This document shows positions 30,916 to 40,465 of a DNA stretch of 64,000 bases, piece by piece. How positions within the stretch are numbered: the first letter of the stretch is position 1; each line of letters starts with the position of its first letter. Origin of the DNA: Minisyncoccota bacterium (GTDB lineage: Bacteria > Patescibacteriota > Minisyncoccia > Phycocordibacterales > XYD1-FULL-46-19); the NCBI GenBank assembly GCA_040879645.1, contig JBBDJY010000006.1:94240-158239 (forward strand), written 5' to 3'. The translations under genes were made by a program, and so were the position numbers. The notes under the pieces are model-generated. The model was not told the origin of the DNA. It did no database searches and worked only from the letters and a program-made list of their open reading frames with translations.

Positions 30916-30950
30916 GGCCCGACATCATTTTGGTGTTGGGCTATTTTTTT
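30916..30950 (+). terminator. Hairpin plus T tract after the DGR-like gene
   Basis: GGCCCGACATCA/TGGTGTTGGGCT then T7. Confidence 0.7.
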
Positions 30951-31053
30951 GTCGATGTTTAATATAAAAAGAGTCGGGGTGATTTGCAAACTAAAAAAGC
31001 CCCCAAGCGGGGCTTTTTTAGTAGGGATCTCATTCAAACGAGTTGAGACGAGA

Positions 31054-31509
31054 TCAAGCGTCTAAAGCGATTTTTTTACTCCAACACGGTCGGCTGGCGT
31101 TCCAGTGTCTGGTCCCTTCATTTTCAAGTAACCAGAGAGCGTAACCAACATTACCTTCTAGGGTGTAGATATCGAAACCTAATTCAGCGCTTTTGTCTTG
31201 ATGGAATGTTTCGTTGATTTGGAAGAGCCCGACATCTTTCGGATTTACCAGACCGCGCAAGGGCTGTCCGGTCCGCTCGTCATATTGACGGTCGGTGCTT
31301 TCACAAAAAGCGATTGAAGTGGTCAGACGGGCGTCTAAGCCGCGTCTCAAGCTCTCCAACTCAACATATTCCGAGACAGTTAGTTCGGAAACTATGGCTG
31401 TTTGGGTTTCATCTAAGTTGCTATCGGGCGTTGGTCCGATCGCGACCGTGGGGGTAAAATTCGCAAAGGTTATGAGGCTTGCAAAGCCTATTTGGACGAT
31501 ACGTAAAAT
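31054..31509 (-). CDS. Secreted lysozyme/transglycosylase-like protein (start uncertain)
   Basis: IAFCES, DVGLFQIN, GTRHW..S..CW; frame is open to 31527 with a signal-like segment but no canonical start. Confidence 0.7.
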   Translation of the reverse strand: MLRIVQIGFASLITFANFTPTVAIGPTPDSNLDETQTAIVSELTVSEYVELESLRRGLDARLTTSIAFCESTDRQYDERTGQPLRGLVNPKDVGLFQINETFHQDKSAELGFDIYTLEGNVGYALWLLENEGTRHWNASRPCWSKKIALDA

Positions 31510-31682
31510 AAGCTGGCAATAAAAAAACTAAGTATTAACCCTAGTTTCCTTATCTGATTTGTTTTCAACTTAATGTTACAGTCAACCACGCATTCTCTGT
31601 AACGTCAACATTGTAATATGGTGGGAAATAAAAGTCAAGGGGTAAAATAGTATGGTAAAGTATGGTTTAAAATAAGGGTATT

Positions 31683-31958
31683 TTAGCCTTTTGGCCACAA
31701 TGAAATTACTTTCTGCCACAGGCTCATTAAATAGTCACCAAGAGCGGTTAGTGGTCCATAAGCGTAAGTGAACCACCAGTTTTTGACCGTGGCCAGGGCG
31801 CTTTTAACCATTTCCCAAGCAAAAGTAAAATTAGTACGCATGGTTTCTGAATCCAGCAGGCCTCGGAGGTCAATTTTAAGGATAGATAGGATAATAATGG
31901 TAAAAATAATTAAGCTTAAAAGCTTAATCAAGCCTGATTGTTTGTGGCCGGAAGTCAT
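31683..31958 (-). CDS. Small membrane protein
   Basis: QSG-LIKLL pilin-like leader plus TM. Confidence 0.65.
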   Translation of the reverse strand: MTSGHKQSGLIKLLSLIIFTIIILSILKIDLRGLLDSETMRTNFTFAWEMVKSALATVKNWWFTYAYGPLTALGDYLMSLWQKVISLWPKG

Positions 31959-31984
31959 ATTACCTATTATAACTCACAATTCAA

Positions 31985-33277
31985 TTAAAGATAAGATAAA
32001 GGATTTAATTTACCGTTAAAGCCGGATAAGGGTAAGCGATAGACGGCACCGGCACAGGATTTGCTTTTTAATTCGGTAATGCCATCGGTTACTCGGACGG
32101 CGGAAGTTACCAGTACTTCAAAATGTAAGTGCGGACCGGTGGTATAGCCGGAATTGCCGGTATAGGCGATTTCTTGACCGGCCTTGACGGCATCGCCTTC
32201 CTTAAGCGGTGTATGCGATAGATGAGCGTATAGGGTTGAGAGGCCGTTAGCATGCTCCAGCAACAACCATTTACCGTAAGACGCCCCCGGGCAGACGCGA
32301 TCGGTGTCGTCAATCCCGGTCACTCGCCCGTCGGCGACGGCGTAAGTCGGCGTGCCGACACTGGCCGCTAAGTCAATGCCACTATGACCTTTACCGCTAT
32401 AAACTTGAGGGTTTTGCGTCGCAAATGGCGTGTTGCCGAAATATTGGGTAATCCGGACTTCTTTTAACGGCCACCTTAAAACACCACTACCCGGACTGGG
32501 TAAAGAGCTCGGATCAATCACCACTCTGATTTGTTCTTCAATCCGTCTAATTTCCGCCTCAATTTGCTTCTTCTGCTCCAGCCGTTTGGCTAATTGTTGT
32601 TGGTAAGTACTTTCTTCATTTCGGGTTGAAGTTAATAAAGCGTTTTGTTGTGTCCGTTCGCGATCAACAATCGATTTCTGGCTGGCCAAACGGTTCTGGA
32701 GCGTACTCAATTCCTGCCGTTCCCGTTCTTCTTCAGTCATCCGGATGGCCATGGCCACTTGGTGATCTTGTAAGGCCAGAAGATTACTTTTCATTTCTTC
32801 TTGCAGGCGTTCCAGGGCGTTGGTTTCTTGCAAAAAATCGGATAGTGAATTATGAGTTAAAAAAATCTCAACGATATTATCGGTATTGATTAAATTTATT
32901 TTTTTTATTGCTTCAGCCATTACCATTCGCCGATTAGTGATTTCTTTTTCTGTGTCGGCAATTTCTAAGTTTAATTTTTCAAGCGTTAATTCAGTCGTTT
33001 GGATTTCTTTGGTCGTCAGATTAATATCGGCTGATAATTTTTGGCGGGTTAAATCGATTCGCTCTATTTCTGTTTGTAAGGTATTGGCTTTACTTTTAAC
33101 TTGCGACAATCGTTGACTGTATTCGGCAATCTCTTTTTCAATTTGTTGGATTTCACTGCTATGACTTTGAATTTCCTTTTTCAGGTTTTCCACATTACCA
33201 ACAACCGGTACCGGTTTGCCGGCTAAAGCGAGGAATAAACAAAAAAGCAAGACAATGATTTGCGGGTTCTTTTTCAT
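31985..33277 (-). CDS. M23 peptidase with coiled coil (EnvC/CwlO-like)
   Basis: HSGIDL, YAHLS, TGPHLHF; signal peptide from MKKNPQ. Confidence 0.92.
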   Translation of the reverse strand: MKKNPQIIVLLFCLFLALAGKPVPVVGNVENLKKEIQSHSSEIQQIEKEIAEYSQRLSQVKSKANTLQTEIERIDLTRQKLSADINLTTKEIQTTELTLEKLNLEIADTEKEITNRRMVMAEAIKKINLINTDNIVEIFLTHNSLSDFLQETNALERLQEEMKSNLLALQDHQVAMAIRMTEEERERQELSTLQNRLASQKSIVDRERTQQNALLTSTRNEESTYQQQLAKRLEQKKQIEAEIRRIEEQIRVVIDPSSLPSPGSGVLRWPLKEVRITQYFGNTPFATQNPQVYSGKGHSGIDLAASVGTPTYAVADGRVTGIDDTDRVCPGASYGKWLLLEHANGLSTLYAHLSHTPLKEGDAVKAGQEIAYTGNSGYTTGPHLHFEVLVTSAVRVTDGITELKSKSCAGAVYRLPLSGFNGKLNPLSYL

Positions 33278-34605
33278 AGGGTTAAAGCGTAACTTATCCG
33301 AGACAAGGTCTCTTCCTTGCCGATAATGGCGGCCACGGTAAAAGGGTCGGGTGATTTTTCTCGGCCGGTTAAAGCGACTCGGAGTGGCCATAAGACTTCT
33401 CCGCGACCATTGGCGGTGGCAAAATCCCATAGCTTGTCTTTAATCACTTCCGCCGTGAAATCATCTTTATCAATCTGATCAATTATCTCCTTGGTTTGAG
33501 CCAGATATTTTGCCGGGCCGAGCATTTCTTTAGCTAAACCGGGTGGCGAAAAGTAAAAGTCATATTCGCCTTCTTCGGCTAATCTCCGGATGTCGTTAAA
33601 GACGGTAATGCGTTCGGTGATGAGCGGAATGATTTGGCGCAACCGCTCGTCGCTATAGGTTGGCCGGGTAAAAATATTTTCCGGTAATTGATTCTTGATT
33701 TGAGTGAATAGTTCGTCGGCCGGCAAGCGTTTGATTTGCTCGCGATTAAACCAATCTAATTTATCTTGATTAAAGACCGCTCCACTTTTTTGAATACCGT
33801 CCAGAGAAAAAAGTTTAGTCAATTCAGTCAAAGTAAAAATTTCTTGATTAGTCCCCTCCTTGCCTGCTTGGGCCGACCAGCCTAGGCTTGCCAAAAAATT
33901 AATCATCGCCTCCGGCAAATAACCTTGTTCGCGGTATTGGCGAAGGTCAACCGCCCCATGGCGCTTGGATAATTTTGAGCGGTCCGGAGCCAAGATAAGC
34001 GGAATATGAGCGTAAGCCACTGTCGGTTTAATCTCATCGGCGACGGCCAGGGCTTCGGTAATTAAGATTTGGCGGGGGGTGTTAGAAATATGGTCTTCGC
34101 CGCGAATAATGTGAGTAATGCCCAGTTCTCGATCATCAATGACCGAAGCCAAATGATAGAGTGGGCGGTTTTCGTCTTTAGCGATGACAAAATCACCCAA
34201 GTCACTGGTATCAAATTCAATATTACCACGGATAAGATCGGTAAACCGGATTAAGCGATTGGGATTTTTAAAGCGAATCACCGGTTCCCGTCCCCCCTCA
34301 TCGGTCGAGACATAGGCTTGGCCGCCGGCCAGTAATTGTTTTAAATATCGGCGATAAATATCGGTTCGTTCCGATTGTTTGATTTCTTGGTCAAAAGAAA
34401 GACCGAGCCAAGCTAAGCCACTTTTGATACTTTCTTCATATTCCGGTCGAGAGCGTTCGTTGTCGGTGTCGTCGATACGCAAAATGATCCGACCGTTTTG
34501 CTTGGCGGTAAAAAGATAATTAAATAAGGCCGTCCGGGCGCCGCCTAAGTGCAAATTTCCGGTCGGACTGGGGGCAAAACGGGTAATGATTGATTCAGTC
34601 TTCAT
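33274..34605 (-). CDS. gltX: Glutamyl-tRNA synthetase
   Basis: RFAPSPTG, HLGG, IRGEDH, KLSKR. Confidence 0.97.
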   Translation of the reverse strand: MKTESIITRFAPSPTGNLHLGGARTALFNYLFTAKQNGRIILRIDDTDNERSRPEYEESIKSGLAWLGLSFDQEIKQSERTDIYRRYLKQLLAGGQAYVSTDEGGREPVIRFKNPNRLIRFTDLIRGNIEFDTSDLGDFVIAKDENRPLYHLASVIDDRELGITHIIRGEDHISNTPRQILITEALAVADEIKPTVAYAHIPLILAPDRSKLSKRHGAVDLRQYREQGYLPEAMINFLASLGWSAQAGKEGTNQEIFTLTELTKLFSLDGIQKSGAVFNQDKLDWFNREQIKRLPADELFTQIKNQLPENIFTRPTYSDERLRQIIPLITERITVFNDIRRLAEEGEYDFYFSPPGLAKEMLGPAKYLAQTKEIIDQIDKDDFTAEVIKDKLWDFATANGRGEVLWPLRVALTGREKSPDPFTVAAIIGKEETLSRISYALTL

Positions 34606-35722
34606 GGCTTAAGGCAATATTAACGATTTCTTCGGCAATCAATCGGCCGGCTGTCGGTCGGGCAAAAGTTTTGGCGCCCTCGACCATTTCCTTAGCCAGG
34701 GTCGGGGTAGCAAAAAATCGTTCAATTTCCGACCATAAAACCGAAGCCGATAAATTATTTTCTTCAATCACCCAAGCACCGCCGGAACGGGCATAAGTAA
34801 AGGCATTACTGCGTTGGTCGTGACTGACTGTCTCGGGAATGGGGATGATGATAGCTGGCACTTGCCAATAAGCGATTTCAAAAATCACCGAACCGGCGCG
34901 GGTAATAATCAAACCGGCGGCCCCGGCGGCCATCCTCAAAGCCAGGTCGTCTAATTGGTCGAAAGGCTTGTAATAAGCACGATTTTCATTATCAGCCAGA
35001 ATAACTTGGCTACGATTTTTGATTTCGTTGAAATGTTTGGGGCCGGTTTGGTGGATGACGCTGTAATTATTCAATAAACGGGGCAGAATCTCTAAAATCG
35101 TCTCATTGATTTTACCGGCTCCCAAGGATCCGCCCAAGACCAAAATCACCGGTCGGTCTTCGGGTAATTCTAAAAATTTATGCGCTCCCTTCTTGACCGG
35201 ATGGAGAATACCTTCCCGCAAAGGATTGCCGGTAACCGCCGTTTTTTCCTCCGGAAAGTAGCCGGCCGCTTCCGGGTAAGAAACGGCTATTCGTTTGGCA
35301 AATTTTGCCGACCAGCGATTAGTCCGTCCCGGTCGCGAATCAGATTCGTGGATAAAAACCGGAATACGGAGAAGACGAGCCGCCCATAAGGCCGGCAGGC
35401 TGGCATAACCACCTTTACTGAAAACGACGTCGGGATAAAGCCAGAACATTTTCCAAGTGGCGATAATAATCCCGGCGATCAGTTTAAAGGGGTCAATCAG
35501 ATTTTGCCAAGCAAAGTAGCGCCTTAATTTTCCCGACGGGGCCGAAACAAAAATGATGTCATTGGCTAAAAGCAAATCTCGATCATAGGGCCGGTCGGAC
35601 ATAAAATATAATTTGGCCCGAACCAATTTTTTAGCAAAAACGATATTGTTGATTTCTTGAGCGACGGCGATTAGCGGATAGAAATGTCCGCCGGTCCCTC
35701 CGCCGGTTAACAGGATCTTCAT
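34595..35722 (-). CDS. murG: MurG GlcNAc transferase
   Basis: GGGTGGH, KGGY, TGNP, GGSLGA, DQRSNA. Confidence 0.95.
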   Translation of the reverse strand: MKILLTGGGTGGHFYPLIAVAQEINNIVFAKKLVRAKLYFMSDRPYDRDLLLANDIIFVSAPSGKLRRYFAWQNLIDPFKLIAGIIIATWKMFWLYPDVVFSKGGYASLPALWAARLLRIPVFIHESDSRPGRTNRWSAKFAKRIAVSYPEAAGYFPEEKTAVTGNPLREGILHPVKKGAHKFLELPEDRPVILVLGGSLGAGKINETILEILPRLLNNYSVIHQTGPKHFNEIKNRSQVILADNENRAYYKPFDQLDDLALRMAAGAAGLIITRAGSVIFEIAYWQVPAIIIPIPETVSHDQRSNAFTYARSGGAWVIEENNLSASVLWSEIERFFATPTLAKEMVEGAKTFARPTAGRLIAEEIVNIALSHED

Positions 35723-35739
35723 TGTCTTTTGAGTTATAC

Positions 35740-36840
35740 TTAAGCGCTTTTTTCGGCGATATTTCTAATAATCCCTGACTCCAATAAAGCAAACAAAAGA
35801 GCGGTACCGCCCTGGCTGAAGAAAATGAGCGGTATTCCCGTTAAAGGAAAAACAGCAATCATGGCGCCGATATTAATAAACGATTGCGATATAACTAGTA
35901 TAACAAGACCGACGGCCAATAGTCTACCGAAGACATTGGCCGCTCGACTGGCAATTTTTAAGCCCCAGAGAGCATAAAAGATAAATGACATAATGATTAA
36001 ACCGGCACCAATCAAACCAAACTCTTCGGCGGCGACCGAAAAAATGGAGTCACCAATCGGTTGGGGTAAGAAACTGAACTTTTGCACACTTTGGCCGAAG
36101 CCTCGGCCGGTAATCCCGCCTGAACCGATAGCAATCAATGATTGGTTGATTTGATAAGATGAGCCGAGTAAATCACTGTTGGGATTTAAGTAAGTGAGCA
36201 TTCGCTCCATAATATAAGGTCGACTGACGATTAGTCCTCCGATTAAAAGAAGTGAGAATAGACCGATTAGGATAAAATGCCGCCATTTACCACCGGCCAC
36301 CAGAAACATTGCCGCGCCGGTGGTGATAATGACGATGATCGTGCCGGTGTCTTTTTGCAAAGCCAAAATGCCGGTTGCCAGCCCGATTAAAACCAAAAGC
36401 GGGACTAGGCCGTATTTGATGGTTTGGACCTGATATTTAAAAGCCGTCAACCAAGCGGCGGCGTAAATAACAAAAGCAAATTTTAATAATTCAGCCGGTT
36501 GGAAAGACAATCCACCAATAATAAGCCAGCGCCGGGCGCCGCCGGCTTCCAAGCCGAGGCCCGGGATAAAGGTTAACAGACTGACAAAAATGGCCGTCAT
36601 AAATAAAATTAAAGCGTATTTACGCCAAAAATTAAACGGCACTTTACTGACCGCAAAAAAGAGTCCCAAGCCACCGATTAAAATAATAAATTGCTTGACG
36701 GCAATTAAAACAAAATGCGGGAAATCTTGGCTGGCCTGTCCCAAAACGGCAGAGAGAAAAACAATATAACCCAAAGTCGCCATTATTAAGACAACAACGG
36801 TAAAGGCCTGTCTGATTTTATTTTTTCTAACTTTGGGCAT
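35740..36840 (-). CDS. ftsW: SEDS peptidoglycan polymerase FtsW
   Basis: GARRWL, FQPAE, IGSGG, AEEFG, PLTGIPL; next to murG and mraY. Confidence 0.93.
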   Translation of the reverse strand: MPKVRKNKIRQAFTVVVLIMATLGYIVFLSAVLGQASQDFPHFVLIAVKQFIILIGGLGLFFAVSKVPFNFWRKYALILFMTAIFVSLLTFIPGLGLEAGGARRWLIIGGLSFQPAELLKFAFVIYAAAWLTAFKYQVQTIKYGLVPLLVLIGLATGILALQKDTGTIIVIITTGAAMFLVAGGKWRHFILIGLFSLLLIGGLIVSRPYIMERMLTYLNPNSDLLGSSYQINQSLIAIGSGGITGRGFGQSVQKFSFLPQPIGDSIFSVAAEEFGLIGAGLIIMSFIFYALWGLKIASRAANVFGRLLAVGLVILVISQSFINIGAMIAVFPLTGIPLIFFSQGGTALLFALLESGIIRNIAEKSA

Positions 36841-36901
36841 AATAATTAATCTTCTCCCGACTTAAGATTAAATAATGTTGTCGATTTTGCGGTCAATCGA
36901 C

Positions 36902-37960
36902 TTACTTGCTTAATAAAACCAAAATCATACCGACAATGGCGGCGATAACACTGATCACCCAATAACGCATTACCACTTTGTAAGCCGGCCAGCCAATCGA
37001 TTCAAAGTGATGATGCAGTGGGGCGACATTAAAGACTTTTTTACCGTGACGCAAGCGTTTGGAAGTTAATTGGATAATGACCGACAATGACGTGGCCAAA
37101 AGCGGTAAGGCGATAATCGGTAGGAAAATTACCGAATCGGTCAAGAAAGCGATGACGGTCAAAGTGGTCGTCAAGCCGAGGATGCCCGTTTCTGACATAT
37201 AAAAACGAGCCGGCGGGATATTAAACCACAAAAAAGCCAAAGTTCCACCGGCCAAAACGGCGGAGAGAGCGGCAATATCAATTTGATTTTGGAAAAAAGC
37301 GATACCGGCATAGGCGGTAAAAATAATCGCCATCACTCCCCCGGCCAAGCCGTCCAAGCCGTCAATGACGCTACTTGAGAATAAACTGAGCATAACCAGA
37401 ATAAATAAAGGGATTAACCAAATGCCAAGAAAAAGCTCTCCACCCCAGGGAATGGTAATGGTCGCTACGCCTAATTTACTGTAAAACCACCAACCGCCAA
37501 CAAGGCCAATACCCGACACGACTAATAAGCGATAACGAAAAGGCAGGCCGCCGGAAATGAATTTGCCATCGCCTTTAATTTGCATTATGTCGTCAATTAA
37601 GCCTAAGCCGGCGGCGGTGATCAAGGTAAATAAAGGCAACCAAGTCTGATTTCGGCTTAAAAAATTAAGTTTGGTCGTAATATCATTCGGCCAGATTTGG
37701 GCGATGAGCCAGAATAAAAAGACCGTCAACAGGGCACTGGCCCAAATAACAATACCACCCATTCGCGGTGTGCCAACCTCTTTTTCTTTATGTAAGCGAT
37801 CAAAAATCGGCGTCGCTCGCCCATCAGGGGCTTGTTTGCCGGAACGCTTTTTCCATAGTTTGTATTTATAAAGATAATGAGTCAGAAACGGCGTGGCCGC
37901 CATCCCGATAAAAAAAGCGGTCGTCGTCGGAATAAAAACTTTGAGAACGTCGATAAACAT
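36902..37960 (-). CDS. mraY: Phospho-MurNAc-pentapeptide transferase
   Basis: TPRMGG, GLIDD, DGLDGL, FLWFN, APLHHHFE. Confidence 0.96.
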   Translation of the reverse strand: MFIDVLKVFIPTTTAFFIGMAATPFLTHYLYKYKLWKKRSGKQAPDGRATPIFDRLHKEKEVGTPRMGGIVIWASALLTVFLFWLIAQIWPNDITTKLNFLSRNQTWLPLFTLITAAGLGLIDDIMQIKGDGKFISGGLPFRYRLLVVSGIGLVGGWWFYSKLGVATITIPWGGELFLGIWLIPLFILVMLSLFSSSVIDGLDGLAGGVMAIIFTAYAGIAFFQNQIDIAALSAVLAGGTLAFLWFNIPPARFYMSETGILGLTTTLTVIAFLTDSVIFLPIIALPLLATSLSVIIQLTSKRLRHGKKVFNVAPLHHHFESIGWPAYKVVMRYWVISVIAAIVGMILVLLSK

Positions 37961-37972
37961 ATTGATTATTAA

Positions 37973-38950
37973 TTACTTAACTACCCTGCCTACCGCCTGC
38001 CTGCCGGTAGGCAGGGTAGGTAGGGCAGGCGTCAGGTAGGATTGATATTCAATCGTGGCTTGCACCAAGGCGATAATATCGGCAAAGCGATAATCTCGGG
38101 TGGAAGCTAGGGCGACCGCCACATATGGTCGGCCCAGACCGGCATCAAAAACGACGGCTAAATTACCGCCGGCATTATCGGTAAAACCGGTTTTGGAAGC
38201 CAGTAGGCCGGCAATGTTCGTCACGGATTTATTAGTATTGTGACCGGTATAATTTTCACCATCAATGGTTTGACGCTTAATCATCGGTTCGCGAGTCGGG
38301 GCGAGTAAGGCCGGATATTCCGTCAGGGTATAACGGAATAATTTTGCCACATCAACGGCGGTACTATACGATCCGCCATAAGGCCCGCCGACATCCAAGC
38401 CGGTCGGATTGATAAAATAAGAATTAGCTAAACCAATCTCCTCGGCTAGACGGTTCATCGCCAAAACAAAATCTTCTCCGGTTTTTTGTTTGTAAGTGGC
38501 CGCGATGGCATTGGCGGCGCCATTAGAAGAGGTGACCAAAGAAAAATCCAACAAATCACTTAAATACCACCGGCCCTGGCCGAGGCCGGCATTACTGCCC
38601 TGGCGGAGAGAAATATCATCAACGGTGACAATGGTCTCACTGTCCAATTTATTGACCGCCGTTATTGCCGACATTATTTTGGTGATAGAAGCCAGAGGTA
38701 ATAACTTATCCTCATTCTTAGCAAAAATTATTTCACCACTTTCTAAGTCCATGACGATCACCGCTTCGGCCGCCAAGATTAGGTCGCTAAACGGATCGTG
38801 GGGCGGTGGTTGATTGACCGCCACGATACTGGCCGCCAATTGATTATGAGCTTCGGCCCAAGGCAAAAGATAAATACCACCGCTTAAGACGGCGAGCATG
38901 GTTCCGGCGATAATCAGTCTATTGGTTAATTGGGGATTCGGTTTTTTCAT
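37973..38950 (-). CDS. D-alanyl-D-alanine carboxypeptidase (S11)
   Basis: ASITK, SSN, NPTGLD, KTG. Confidence 0.9.
   Translation of the reverse strand: MKKPNPQLTNRLIIAGTMLAVLSGGIYLLPWAEAHNQLAASIVAVNQPPPHDPFSDLILAAEAVIVMDLESGEIIFAKNEDKLLPLASITKIMSAITAVNKLDSETIVTVDDISLRQGSNAGLGQGRWYLSDLLDFSLVTSSNGAANAIAATYKQKTGEDFVLAMNRLAEEIGLANSYFINPTGLDVGGPYGGSYSTAVDVAKLFRYTLTEYPALLAPTREPMIKRQTIDGENYTGHNTNKSVTNIAGLLASKTGFTDNAGGNLAVVFDAGLGRPYVAVALASTRDYRFADIIALVQATIEYQSYLTPALPTLPTGRQAVGRVVK
37984..38025. repeat. Nested CCTGCCTGCCGGTAGGCAGG palindrome inside the 3' end of the S11 gene
   Basis: Inner palindrome 37996-38015 plus outer arms; variant at 30225-30249. Confidence 0.75.
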
Positions 38951-39476
38951 TTTCTTTAATTAAAAAATCAGCTAATTCTTGCTTGATACTTTCAAATTCC
39001 GGCAAGGCCGATAATTCGGTAATACCCAGATGAGACAAAAGGTCAAAGGTCGGCCGATAAAGATAAGAACGGGCATCATGGGGGTTACTGACCCGCTCAA
39101 TTAATCCCCTGACTGTTAAGTGGCGCAAAATAAAAGATGAATTAACTCCCCGGATATAATCAATATCAGCTCGGGCGACCGGCGAGCGGTATAAGATAAT
39201 GGTTAGAGTTTCCAGCGCTGCTTTACCTAAATCTTCCGATAATTCATCTTTGATTATCTTTTCAATCAAGTCGGCTGCTTCCGGGGCTGTTGCCATCATC
39301 ACTTGGTCGTCTTTTTCCATTAAGGTTATTCCTCGATTTTTTAGTCGGTCTTTTAATTCATTTAAACCGGCCTGAACGGTATTTGCCGGGATATCCAAAA
39401 CCTTGGCCAACCGATCAAAAGACACCGGTTCGGAACGGTGGAATAAAATTGCTTCAATTTTTGCCGGAATATCCAT
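38919..39476 (-). CDS. scpB: Segregation/condensation protein B
   Basis: IEAILF, AALETL, IDYIRGVNS. Confidence 0.93.
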   Translation of the reverse strand: MDIPAKIEAILFHRSEPVSFDRLAKVLDIPANTVQAGLNELKDRLKNRGITLMEKDDQVMMATAPEAADLIEKIIKDELSEDLGKAALETLTIILYRSPVARADIDYIRGVNSSFILRHLTVRGLIERVSNPHDARSYLYRPTFDLLSHLGITELSALPEFESIKQELADFLIKENEKTESPINQ

Positions 39477-39516
39477 ATTTTCTATAGTATATAGCCATTT
39501 TTCGCCTTGTCCAAGT

Positions 39517-40248
39517 TTAATCGTAACGGGGTAAACCAACCTGACTGGTTTCCATCTCAATGTCGGCAAAAGGTCGATTTTGATCGGCAGTTAAGATACC
39601 TTGTCTGACTAATTCCAATAAGCCGAGAAAGTTAACAATCACTTCGATTTTTTCTGACCGTTCGCGGTCGACCAAATCCTTGAATTTAAGCCGGAGGGAG
39701 GATTGGATTCTTTTGGTTAAGTGGTCTATCACCGCTTCCAGGCTGATTGTTTTTCTAATGACCGCTTGGGGTCGAATTTCAGTCTTTGGCAGATTGGCAA
39801 TCACTTTTTGTCCGGCTTGGACAATATTTTCCATTGAGACATCCGCTCCCGGGGCAAAGATTGTCTCCATCCTTCTTTTTTCTTGACGCGGAAAAAGTGG
39901 CCGACGACCAAAGTGGTGTTTAATCTTTTCACTTAAAGTTTTAAAGCGACGATAAATAACCAATCGCCTCTCCAGCTCTTCAATATCCCCGGTTTCTTCC
40001 TCGGTTCGTTCCAAGGTCGGTAGTAAGGATAGAGATTTAATAAACACCAGAGTCGAGCCGATAACTAAAAAATCAGCCACATCTTTTTTCGGTAAATGAT
40101 GTTGACCGGCAAGATAGTTAAGATAATCATCGGCCACCTTGGCCAAGGATATTTCATTGATATGGAGTTTTTTCCTTTCGACTAATTGCAAGAGTAAATC
40201 CAACGGACCCTCGAAATTTTCGGATTTGACAACAAAATGGGAAGACAT
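39517..40248 (-). CDS. scpA: Segregation/condensation protein A
   Basis: FEGPLDLLLQL, FLGLLEL, Q..PFADI. Confidence 0.93.
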   Translation of the reverse strand: MSSHFVVKSENFEGPLDLLLQLVERKKLHINEISLAKVADDYLNYLAGQHHLPKKDVADFLVIGSTLVFIKSLSLLPTLERTEEETGDIEELERRLVIYRRFKTLSEKIKHHFGRRPLFPRQEKRRMETIFAPGADVSMENIVQAGQKVIANLPKTEIRPQAVIRKTISLEAVIDHLTKRIQSSLRLKFKDLVDRERSEKIEVIVNFLGLLELVRQGILTADQNRPFADIEMETSQVGLPRYD

Positions 40249-40276
40249 ATCACTTTATTATACCGTTTTTACTGAT

Positions 40277-40433
40277 AAAAAAAAGCTCCGCTGATAGTAA
40301 TCAACGGAAACTTAAGTGGGGCCGGATGAACCGACAGAAAGGAGGTTCTCTGATTCCCGAGATAGGCCCGGAAATCAATCGTTTATGAGACTCATCCGGC
40401 CCCGAAAAAATAGCGTGATTCAATTTTTTATCT
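40277..40433 (-). ncRNA. Candidate stand-alone sRNA with exposed anti-Shine-Dalgarno
   Basis: TTGACA-18-TATAAT (40469-40440), 12-bp closing stem, bubble with ACCUCCUUUC, 11-bp terminal stem, terminator 40307-40277. Confidence 0.6.
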
Positions 40434-40465
40434 AGATTGATTATATAACGCTAAACTTAACAGTG

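Noticed and set aside
30298-31065. Several overlapping alternative ORFs
   Set aside because: By-product of high GC and NNC codon bias in the DGR-like gene
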